In this document: positions 9,849 to 21,244 of the stretch, piece by piece
Position numbering within the stretch: position 1 is the first letter of the stretch
How the letters are laid out: each line of letters opens with the position of its first letter
Translations under genes and position numbers: made by a program
Assembly (NCBI GenBank): GCA_030704615.1
Contig: CM060733.1
Coordinates: forward strand, 63,240,001 to 63,304,000
Length of the DNA: 64,000 bases
Direction: 5' to 3'
Origin: Takakia lepidozioides
Taxonomy: Eukaryota; Plantae; Bryophyta
The notes under the pieces: model-generated
The model's database searches: none
Seen by the model: only the letters and a program-made list of their open reading frames with translations
What the model was told of the DNA's origin: nothing

Positions 9849-12800
9849 ATGCGGCATAGTGGTAGCATAGAGTTTGTGGAAGGTCAGGCGACTCCGGCAA
9901 AGAGGAGGACGCGGGATTTTGGGAAGCCGCCGACGACACGACTTAAGCTCCGTCTCATGCATGAAATGCAGACCTCGTTATCCGGAGACTCGGATCGCCC
10001 ACCAGTGAGAGATTCGTGCTTCGCGGATGTGAAGCACTCCATACGCAATATTCCTTTTACACCTTTTTTTTGGCGTGCAGTGTCTCATGTTTTCCTGTTT
10101 GTTTGACATGGGAGCTGGGGAGGGATCGCAGGGGGGCGAGGCAACACAGTCAACTTTGGATACTCCTGCCCGGGGTGCTGCGCTCACAAGGTGGAAGTGC
10201 ATCGAGGCAGACGAGTCCTCATTCAACACCTCAGATATCGCCTCCGAAAAGCCCACCTAGAGTTCGGAAGCCGAGAAAGCAGAAGGAGCCCATGGCTTCG
10301 CCAGTAAAACCCTAGGGAGACTGGAAGCGGAGATATTGGGTTTGCAGTCAATTTCAGAAAACACAGATGCGGTGGAGGCCGCTGGAGATGTGGGAGTCGG
10401 ATCTGCAGAAGGGCGGCCCATTCAACTGACAGAAGGAGAGGACGATAACGTGGTACGACTTGGCGACGATCAGAACCTGCTGGAGCTTGCGGAGGAGCAA
10501 AACCTCCAGGACAGTACACAGGCTGGTGAGAGGGGTGAGGGAAGTGACAGAGGTGATACAAGTAAGAAACTGGTGGCGGGTATGCTCATGAGCGCACGAG
10601 ACATGAACATAGCAGCAAACAGGTTGCTGGCAGAGACTCATAGCAACATAGGCCGCGTTTTGGGCTCCATGGTGTATCCGAGAACCTCAAAGTTCCTTTG
10701 TGTCGCATGGTAAGCCTTCCAGTTGTAAGGCAAGCACTGCCAGGGGATATCGATCGACTGAAGCACAACTTCAGAGAAGGGTACAGACGGGGGTCGGCAG
10801 CATTCTACGTTTCCATTGAGAATGACCAGGGTGTCACAAGGGGCCCCACTGCAGAGGAGCTTCAGAATTGGGGCCCCCACTGGCACACTGTTAATGCCGA
10901 GTTTGAAGCCTATCTGAAGACTAATCCCACATTCGCACACATGGAAGGGAAGATGTTCTTCGTTTGGGACGGGAACCACAGGATGCTTGCCTGGACAGAG
11001 TACATTGCTGAAATGCATCCGCAAGATATCAGTTGGCATTACATGGTGGACTGCATTGTCGTGAAGGTGGACGTCAGGGACAGAGGACTGTTGAAGGGTG
11101 CCATGGCGGATATAAAATCTGTAAGTATACAATTACATCCTTGTGTACTGCCTATTGCGGCGCCGAAATAGGCAATGTTCACCACTGTCATGCACTCTAT
11201 GAACTGGAAATTGGATTGCTGTGCCGAAATCATATTTTCATGTTGTTTTTTTTCTCCATGGCAGGGTAACAGAGAGGGCCTTCGTGGAAACTCATCTGGC
11301 ACATACGCTCTACAGAGTGCAAGAAGTGGGGACAGCTCCGCTGACGGACTTCCAAAAGTCCCTCGATCCCGAGCTGTACAGGAAGTCCCTAGCGAAAGCA
11401 GATCGCACCTGGTACCGACCAACACTGGACGCCATGGTGGAGATCCTCTATTCGGTGAGGTTCATCTCAAATTTCAGTATCAATTTAATGTTATTTGTTG
11501 CAGGGATCCGTGGCCTGACTGTATCTGCTGGGTATGGGAATGCAGACGAACATCAGGGATGACTTGGCCTATGCCAAAAGGCAGTTCTTTGAGAATGATG
11601 CCCCCAACAAGGCGGACGCGTCGATAGAGAGTCATATTGTGCAGGCAGGAAGCAATCCCGGACCAAGTACAGGTCCAAACTTGTTAAGCAAGTTGCAATC
11701 GCTGACCCTGGTCTTGGTGCCGAGTTCCTGGCGGAGATAGGACTGCATTACTCCAGACCCATGAAACCGGAAATGTCCATGGAGAAACTTCATCACATCG
11801 CAGTGTCCTGTGTTGAGCCGGCGGAGAAGGTAAGCATGTGTTTATTCTTGTTTTGTGACTTCTCGCGATTCTTATGTTGGAGTTCTTGTCTGACCGATGT
11901 GAGGTGGCTGCGAATCTGGAACGGCCATACAAACACGAAGCTGCTGTACCACTTTCCCATCGAGCCAACAGACGACAAAATGAACGACTGGCTCAATGTC
12001 ATGACTTGGTGGCATCAGGTATAATTTTCTCCTATTCTGTGTTGGACATCGTCGCAATTTCAAAATCATGAATGTTTTGGAAACCTGCCATGATGCAGGT
12101 ACTGACCCACGCCCAGGAGCAATTGGACTGCAACACCACCACTTTCAAGTTACAGATCGACTGGACGAAGCCTGAGACAATGGAGAACTACGTGCAGTCG
12201 TGGCGAGGGCGCTTCGCAAACCTCTTTTTCAGAGAAATTGCAAAGGCAAGACGCAGCGTATACATCGAAGAGCAGGAGGGTGCCGACAAAGCGGCAATGC
12301 GTGTCCTGTTCAGGTAATCTGCTGACAATGCATCCCCCTATTTGCAGTTTAGATGATTTGGTTAAGCAGCGATGGATATTGCGGCGCCGAAATATACCTC
12401 TGCAAGATGTGAGTTCTGGGTAATTGGGGCACGGTCCACTCCGTATTTCGGTGCCGAAATACCTTGTGCATTGACAACTTCCACTTGCATGATGCATCGG
12501 TAGAATGATTTTTTTTGAACTGCCTCGTGATTGCAGGTACATAAACTTTGCACTCATTCCGTCCGGAGCCATTCAAAGGGTTCCACCATTCTTCCTGGCG
12601 TGGAGGACACCTGGAGGTCGTGGAACGATGTACAGAGAATAATGGCGAAGGAGTGGCATGCCGAGCATTTGGTAGACTGCCCCTGGTATGTGGATCTCCC
12701 AAGTGGGACCGTTGACCTCTCGGAGGTTAACTTGAAGAAGGAAGCGAATGCCAGGGCTATGAAGGCGCAATCGGATCCCCAACCAGAGGACGCGGAAAGA

Positions 12801-14860
12801 CTGAAAGCAGAGGAGGCAGCCAAGCAGAAAGCACTGAGAAAGTCAGCCAAGGCGGCAGCGTTGGCGAAGGAGCAGATGGAGAAGCAGGCAGCTGAGCAGC
12901 CCAAGGACAGGAAGAAAAGAACGCGCAAACAGGGGCAAGAGACGAAGACCCCCACACCCAAGAAGAAGAAGCAGCAACACAGTCAGCCAGATGAGGAGGA
13001 TTCCGACGACGATTTCCAGCAGGAAAACACCCAGGGGGCCACACCTCGTCCGAAAATTCACAAGGGCCAGCGCTCCGGGGGGTCGGCTGCGAAGAGATCA
13101 CTATACGAGGATGCACCTGGCAGACCCTACCGTGCGGTGCACATTGCGGGCAGGGAAGTCCTCAAAACACCCACAATTGTGGAGTGTGTTAATGAAAATT
13201 TCCTAACTGCTCTGACCAGAAGGCTGGAGATAACGAGATTGAGGAAGGCGATCGAGGCCCACCAGGGGAAGGGGAAGAGGAAGGCCACTGGCAATGATAT
13301 GGAGGACACTCCTGGCTACACAAAGATGATGGAGTATTTTGTGGCGATGAGCCACGGCAAAAAGAGCACAGTCGGGGGCAGGGCGGTGAAAGCCTCCATC
13401 GACATGATCCTTGTGGATATCCCGGATGGGCAGGAGATACTGGGGCTGGGCTCAGTTCCCTGGTGGAACAAGTACGACGAAAGATACTGGAGCCACACAT
13501 TCGGGTTCGCAGCCAACATGTTGGACGACGTTGGCTGTGTTGTTGTGCTAGCAGCCGATGGAGAAGTCACTGAGAATGATATCAAAGTATGGACGGGGAG
13601 AAGTGCAGCACCCATCCTGAAAAAGATCTGGACTTGCATCAACACGCAGGGTCTTCTCAACGATGGCCAGAAGGTATGCTGTGGTTCTCCTCTGCTATGT
13701 CAATTTCTGCGCCGAAATTGCCCCTGTACGTGTAGGCCACCTCTGACGTTTTCATTTCCTTCTCTGCAGACTCTTATCTTTCAGGCATTTTGCTTCGTGA
13801 AGGAACATTCGAAATTCAAATTACGTGAAGCAGGAAGACTTGTTGATTCCACAGTTGATCCACTGGAGTATAACGTCCTGTTCAACCATGTGGGAGAGAA
13901 GGACATTCTTTGTGATTTGTCGGGCAAGCCATGGAGGTATGGCAGGACCAGGAGTCCTGCATTCATCCAGACGCTCATGGAAACGTGTACGGATGTTGAA
14001 GGCAGGGTCCTTGACGTCACTGCAAATACAGGTGAGAACGTTAATTGAATGCGGCACCGAAATTGACACCATTTCCGTTTCTGTATGTTTGCTTGTGCGA
14101 GGAAGCGACTCATTCTTGAGTTTGGCTGTGGTTGTCGTATGAATTCGCAGGTGCCTGTATGTGGGCGGGAAGGATGTCGAACCGATTTGTGTTCTCATTT
14201 GAGGGGGATACGGCCTTGTACGATTACAATTTGGCGGGCCTTCAGCGTCTGCCTCCGACTGAGGATCCCAAAAACGCAGAAGAGGACGTGGAAGAGGAGG
14301 AAGATGAAGAGGAGGAAGTCCGGGAAATTCGTTCGATGCAGGGGCGCCCGAAGCCGCTTCCCCCAATGCCTGTCTTCGAGTGAGTTGCACCATAGTAAGT
14401 GTATTGGTTTCGGTTGTAGGGACCATGCAACCTGCCGATGATTCCCTGTTTGAATTCTCTAATGTACTTCATTCTATGTTTGTGCGTACACTCAGCCTTG
14501 CAGAGTCGTCCGACGAGGAGAAGCTGGGAGACTTGCTCGAATCGGACCCTGTTGCAGAGGAGGAGACAGAATCGCATCGGCCATTCTTTGCCAGAAAATC
14601 GTTTCTCGCGAGTCCCCAGAAGCCCTTTTTTTCTACCAGCCTATGCAGACACGGCTGCCAAAGAAGCCATCAGGAGGGAGGATAGGCCTACTCGGTTAGA
14701 GCAATTGACATACGGGAATGAGCAGAGAATTATAATGAGGCGTGAGGCCAAACATAGAATTGTGAAAGGCAGTAGGGAAGTTCGTAATAGAATCCGCGTC
14801 CGAGAGCGAGGGGAATGTCGAGGACACTTCCGCACCCAGGTGGACAGTTCCGGCTGGTGA
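9849..14860 (+). pseudogene. ParB/Srx-domain + beta-class N4C/N6A DNA methyltransferase-like fusion gene, copy 1 (multi-exon, disrupted)
   Basis: ParB-like VRQAL..DI.RL..NF..GY ... MFFVWDGNHRMLAW (~10725-10995). MTase motif IV-like MILVDIPDG (~13404-13430). RSPAFIQTLMETCT..EGRVLDVTANTG|ACMWAGRMSNRFVFSFEGD gives motifs X/I/II across intron 14032-14150. GT-AG introns include ~11122-11263, 12314-12536 and 13673-13769. Confidence 0.85.
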
Positions 14861-15239
14861 GGATGGTATTTTTGAGGGGAGGGCTTCTCAGAGTAACAGC
14901 GGTAGCGGCAGTGCAGGTTCGGAGGCAGGTGGAAGGCAGCCATCCTTGCATGAGGGCGGGGATGCATCGGACAGTGATAGCGGATCCTCACCATAGCAAA
15001 GTCTCATTTGGATCCTTTTGTTGTACAGTTCTGAAACACTTAATGAAAATATTGACGATTTGAAAAATCATTGTGTTCAGACTGCTTGTCCATTCCCTAC
15101 ATTTCTTCCCGCCAACCAAAATCTATAATAAAAGCAGAAGAGACGCAAACTTCAGTGAAGAACCCTACAAGTAATTTATGCACACCATCGACCGGGAACT
15201 TGAAGCCATGAAAACCCTGCCGTTTCTAACATTCCTATT

Positions 15240-15525
15240 GGGAAATTTGGCGCCGAAATAGCCCAGTTTGCGCCTTCGTTATATGGGCCTCAAAAATTCC
15301 ACGGATGAATTACTGCACCAAAATATTGCGATGGAAGCCTTCAGCACAAGGCACTTCACCACATTCCACTTGGGTATTTCGGCGCCGAAATTGCCCGTTC
15401 TGCGCCTTTAAATACCGCACTATATCACATTTTAAGAGGTAATTTCGGTGCCGAAATACCCCGGTGGATGTCTTCAAAACACCATTTTAGCACACTGCTC
15501 TTGGGAATAACGGCGCCGAAATTCC
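15240..15525. repeat. Right subterminal array of the GGCGCC palindrome
   Basis: Cores at 15249, 15314 (degenerate), 15381, 15447 and 15512, with a period of 65-67 bp. Confidence 0.85.
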
Positions 15526-15693
15526 TCATTCCGCATCCTGGACCAGGAGAAACAGACCCTATTACCGAGGTAAGAGGACATAACACCGTCAATAAAGGCA
15601 GGAAAATTCCAATTCCGCGGATGCCGCTCATGAGCTCATAGGCTCATAGGCTCATGGCTCATGCGCTCATGAAAATAGTAACTCCAACATACC

Positions 15694-16498
15694 CATCTCT
15701 TCATGATCTTACCATACCCTATCTCTTCGTGATTTACAACCAAAACATCATTTTGAATCATGGTCTGAAGAACTATAACTCACAGACGAGAGGTGTTTCG
15801 TGCTGTTGATGGGCGTTTTTGACTGCGACATGAGCATGGGCATGTTCTCCTCGGCTTGCCGTGGCATCCGCCGACAACGCCTCGCCTCGCACTAGCGTGA
15901 GGAGTGGATCGTCCTCATCGTCCTCAGAAGAGCCCTCATGCAGAATCGTAGTCTCATCGTCTTCAGTCTGGCACTTGCCTTGCAGGACCTTGACCCTAGC
16001 TTTTTCTTCGGAGCGCGTGGCTTGCGAGGGCGATTCGCTCCCGCAAGCCTGCACAAACACCTCCATACCTCCTTCTCACAACTGGCATTACCCCCTCCTA
16101 TGCTACCCCTAATACTCTTAAGCCTATGCTGAACCCCAGTCGCCCCCTACAGGACGTAATGGCTGCCCACGAATGACGGCGGACATCTCCCGCCTAATGA
16201 CACACCTCCTCAAACCTAATCGTCACTCACTGCATGTTGTTTGCCTCTCTGTTTGTACAAGTCGCAGCTACTCGCCCCATTGTCTATGAAGCTTATGATC
16301 GCTGTAGGAAGGTTAGTGGATAAGACGAATCGCAAGTTTAGTGGGTGGGTATCCAAAGTCAGGAACTAAACTCACCCATCTATCAACTGTTTGAACGTTG
16401 CTTCCACCTCCTTTTATGGAAGCAATCCGGCGCTCTCGGAACTTCTCGTACTCGTCAGTGAGAGGGACTGTCACTTCGAAGACCTTCCGCTTCACCAT
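15694..16498 (-). pseudogene. Degenerate gene, possibly a CACTA accessory (TnpA-like) ORF, split by MULE-A and probably continuing at ~2235-1714
   Basis: Starts MVKRKVFEVTVPLTDEYEKFRERRIA (ATG 16498) and has an acidic exon at 15773-16066. Once MULE-B is removed it lies ~125 bp head-to-head from the TnpD ORF. The family assignment is weak. Confidence 0.3.
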
Positions 16499-17192
16499 GG
16501 ACACTCAGAAACGATATATAGTATACTATAGATATAGAAATAGCAACGACGCAATGGCGTGAGCGTTGCGCGCGAGCGCGCGAGCGTACGCTCACGCAGG
16601 AGTGACGTGGCGTGAGCGTACGCTCACACCAGCTGACGTGGCGTGAGCCTGCACACACGCTGACGTGGCGTGAGCGTCATGTCAGCATGCTGATGTGGCG
16701 ATAAATGATGACGTGGCACTGTCCGTCATCTGCCACGTCAGCATTAACATGCGCCGCCTATAACCGAGGATGGTCCTATGACCGTGGAATTAATGCAGGG
16801 AATCTTGCCTAAAAAAATCAAGACAAGCGTTGAGGCCTACAATTGCAGCATCCAACATTGTGCAATTACAAATGCTTGTTTCACTTTTACAATTACGAGG
16901 ACGAAAAAATATCCTCACAAAGTGTGCGCCATAAAGGCTGCCACGGGAAGACCTTCCTCCCTCCTCAAATAACAATGAGAGTTAGGATCATCTTCAAAAG
17001 ATGATTGTAGTGCATAGCGACAGCAAGACATGTAGACTTCAAACGGTGCAATGACAAATGTGCACTACCTAAAAGTTGTCACTCAGAGCTCACTCCGTAT
17101 AGTTGGAGGCCATATCATTGCACGCCGACGAATTGATGTGAATTACACATTTCAAATCATGGTCGTCCACATACCACATTGCATAGTTGATG

Positions 17193-20100
17193 CTACCCAT
17201 GTGTTGTATCCCGCTGCAATAGAGTATCGACCTCGTTGAAACTCATAGTGGCCTGGTGAATGAAGTTGTCACGTTTGGGATCGCAAACCATCCTCTTCAA
17301 AAATATGAAATACAAATGTTTGCAGGGTATGAATTTACCTCTCTTGCCCAAACTGGTTGATAGCATATTCACAAAATCAGGACATGTGCAATTGGGGAAA
17401 TTGGAAACCGTGATGTCGTAGGTCCTGTCATGAACAGCAGATGTGGAAGTGATGATTGTGAATACCCGACCATATCCTGGATCGGGTACTTCCGTGGTGC
17501 TTCCAACACGAGCTTGGAGCATTCTTGCGGACTCCACTTTGCCAAAGTGTTCAGCGGTTGGAGGGAAACGCCGAACGAGCTTTCCATCTCGTTTGGTTGG
17601 CCACAAGTCAGGATTTGCCGGGGGGACCCGGGAGGACGCAGAAGTAGTAGCACATGCATGGAGTTGGGGTTGTCTCGCAAGGGAAAAACCTGCCTCCTCC
17701 AGCATTTCAATCTCCTGAAAGCTGAGATGTGTTCCCACCTTCACGGGCCAAACGGTTGGAGGAGATGGCTTCATCACTACGGAAGGACGCACAGTTCCAT
17801 GCACACATCTGGCACAATCATCTGCGCAGAACCAGAACTTGTGGTTCTTGGCTTCTGGTTGACCGTATGGACGCATCAAGCCCGTGAAAGTCGGAGCAGG
17901 AGTTTGGGCACCACCTCTGGATATAGATGAAGTGCACTTCTCGAAATTAGTTGCCCTGATCGCTGTACATTTCACACGAGACCCTACACTTGTGCGTTCT
18001 ATGTGCCAAACGTGGTCGGGGCATGCGGACTCAAGCACATCAAGGGGGTTGTTTCTCTCCTGCACCATTTCAGTGGCACTGTTTGATGCTGGAGCTTGCC
18101 GTCGTGTTGGAGGTTCCTCCACAATGGAGGTTCCGGACATGGAGCTGTCATGCAGGGGAACACGAGGCTTCGAGAAGTTATCACGGTCTGCCCTGTGGGA
18201 ATCTGAATCCGAACCAGGTGGAGTGTTCAATTTCCTCTTACAGGAGCCGAATCTCTCCTCCCCTTCAAGATGTGGAAGTGGCATTCCCTGGGCATACATG
18301 CTCACCGCCCGTGCTATCTTGATTGGATCCCCAGATCTGTTTGCAACACGCAACATCAACTCCCATTTGTCCGGACCCTTGCCACCAACCCCACCTCGTA
18401 AGAAATCACGGTATCGGGTTTGTTGTTGCAAGGCACGTATCAAATCATCTGTTGTTGCCACATACAAATCCCGACCTCGTTTCCCAGACTGCTGCAACCA
18501 TGCGTTGTGCACAGTTTCTGCCAAATTGCAAGATGGCATGTCCGCCATTTCCTCAATGGACATGTTCTGCAAAGAGAACCACACTTCAAAACAGTGACAG
18601 AAAAACAACATAAAGAAAGCGAGGACACAAAAAAATGGAAAGCAAATGTATGAATAAAGCAAAAATATAAGCCTCGTACCAATGGCATGGCTGCTCCCCA
18701 CTGTCTATACGGAAGTGCCAAAACGCCAGCCAATCTTCCAATGCTCTCATACTCTCAAGTGATGCAGCTCCAGAAGAGAACCACCAGGCACGAATTGTCT
18801 GGAACAAAGTGTCCGCCTCCTTCATTGTTCTAGCATCTTTGTACTCTTTGCACAATTTACGTGCTGAGTCTGCATCTCTGGTTTGATGTCCGACTTTGTA
18901 TGTTTTTCCAGAGATTGTGTCCAATGGAATAGACATGTACGCTCTCTTCCTGGCATAGGCACTTTTGGGTCGCCCGATCCGAAGACAATACGAACAGCAT
19001 TGAAATTTGCTTGAGCACTATCCGCCATGAAACCTGCAAAATTTGGAGATGGCAGCCCATGGCAGCCCATGACACGTATCAGGGAATTCCACATGAGCTT
19101 CTGGGATTCCGTATCCTCGGATTGCATGTCACAAACTGCAATTGTCATAACTCGTTGGTACACTGGATCGTAGACATGACAAGCCATTGTCGTCCAATCC
19201 TTCACTCGTTTCACATGATCAAACATAAGAAAACAGTTCTGCAAGTCCCCAGTCTTCTGCATCCGCTTCACGAGGCTAACCCCACTGCCCTCCCCAACAG
19301 TCGACATTTTGAAAAGAAAAACTTTGATGGCACCTTGACCTGGGAATACATTGTCCTGGATGTAATCGTACTTGCTCACTCGTTTCAATTCCAAAATGTT
19401 CTATGTAGCCTCTGATCCCAGAGCCCATTCTCAATGCATTGATCTGATGCCGAATGTTAGGTGAACTTAAAGTGGAGAAATGATCCATGACTAGGTCCAA
19501 TGCTGCACCGTCAAGTTTAGTCCCCACAGAATCCCCTTCACTCAAAATATGGCTTTCCAAGAAGGACTTGCTTGCGCCAAGAGCAATTGCAGATGTTGTT
19601 GCGGATGGGTTTCTCCCGAACTCCTGTTTAATCAACCTCGATACTGTCTCAACACTCTCCCTGTAATCCCCCTTCGAGACAGGATGGTTATGGAATCCGA
19701 AATGCACACAAGCTCTTGTCATTGTTTTCAAACGGTGGACAACATAGTACATTCTTGCTCCGCACAGCGCCAAGCAGGATGACACAAGTTTGCAGAATTT
19801 GCAGACGCACCACGGGTGCCCGTCGTGTTTCTTGTCCATTCCATGCATCATGATTGTTACACCTCCAACTCGCGGAGGAGGAGGCAGCTCGAATAGGATA
19901 TCGCCATCAAAAGTCTCCGGCAAGAACTTCACAGGCACCTGCTTCAAAGATTCCCAATCAATTCCCCGCAACTCACTTTTGAATCCAGCCATTCCTCCCA
20001 TCGCCCGCAATTTTGGAATGACACTACAAATCTCTTCTTCATCAGCTTCTCCAACCACAGTAGGAAGGACTGGATTTGGAATTTCACTTATGTCATCATC

Positions 20101-20491
20101 GGAAGAATCCGAAAGCTCAACGATTGGAGTGGAGGACGTCTGTTCTTTTTTCACCACCACCTCCCTCTTGTCTTCAACGACCGAAGCAGCAGTCCCGGGC
20201 GTCACATATGACCCAAGGGACTTTTGCCGAGGCTCTCCAAGTACTCTGTATCGACCAGGACGCACTCTCCACTGGCTGATATGAGCCGTCTCATCACGGT
20301 TTTGGAAAGAGTATTTCAACAACTTCCTTTAAGATCGTACACCTCTTTCTCCAAAAAGATGGAGCCATTCTGCAGCTGAAAACGGGTAGCCAAGACATGT
20401 TCCAGAACAATTGCAAATCCATTGTCAAGGACTTCCTGGGAGAACGGCACTGGTTTGTCGTCAGAGAAAACTCCGCTTCAGAGGAAGCCAT
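17193..20491 (-). pseudogene. MULE-type DDE transposase with GCM-like and SWIM domains (frameshifted, internal deletion)
   Basis: FLMFDHVKR, FMADSAQAN, RTCLFHW, CNLAETVH and SWIM CTCPDF...PCKHLY are colinear with the MULE-A transposase. Intron at ~18567-18678 is at the same position as in MULE-A. Confidence 0.9.
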
Positions 20492-21244
20492 CTTCCTTCC
20501 TCGCGTACGTTTATACCTTGCTATCGCAGATCTAGTGTAAATCGGTTTACTGATGTCTCCAGAACACAGTTGAAGAATGAGCAGAGAATATGGCGGAGGA
20601 AGCTCAGACAACGACTGTGCATATTATGTTATTCTTTCCAGATATGCAGCCGTCCATTTTAATTACTTTTCTTGTGGGCCCAGTGGTCAGAGTATCCCTA
20701 GGAGCAGTGTCGGCAGCTGTTAAACCGTTAATCAGAACCTCATCAATAAACCAATAACAAAGCCGACTTCCTGGAAGCATGCCACAGGATCTGAGGATGG
20801 GATTGCAGATTAAGTAAATGTATCTTTATACTACTACCAATGATCATGCGCACCTGGAAAGTTCCAAATGTGAAACGAATGTGGGGTTTGGCTAACAAGG
20901 ATGACCGTGTATGATATTCCAAAATTTGTCATCAAACTCTCGTTCATTTACATTTATTTGTGTAAGACTGTGCGCCAAGATTTCTGGGATTCGCTGTTAT
21001 TTTTAAATATTGAAACCGTTCTAATAAAGAACGCCGTTTATTTTGGGCGACACACGTCAGACATCCATAACTGAATACGAACAGCTGTACACCAATTGCT
21101 GGCATGTGCACTAATAAGGGAACGACTATGTGTAACGGTCACGCGAGAGGGAATCCGATGCTTCTAGAGACAAGCAACAACGCAGGCAATCCCGCAAGAA
21201 ATCGGGAGTCACTGCGTTTTTCTACTTTTCGCGCTTAGAGGAGA

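Larger units (their letters stand above)
2236..15686. mobile_element. MULE-A: Mutator-like DNA transposon (~13.4 kb) with transposase and ParB-MTase accessory gene
   Basis: Imperfect TIRs: left GGGGTTGCTATTCCATGAG, right reverse complement GGAGTTACTATTTTCATGAG, both followed by ATGAGC/GCTCAT repeats. Flanking duplication ACATACC at 2229-2235 and 15687-15693, which is 9 bp with terminal mismatches if the ends are 2237/15685. Encodes a MULE-type transposase. Confidence 0.88.

Noticed and set aside
9849-14860. Bacterial or phage contamination explaining the ParB-MTase gene
   Set aside because: The gene has multiple GT-AG introns at positions conserved among four copies, lies within TSD-bounded MULEs, and is contiguous with plant genes.
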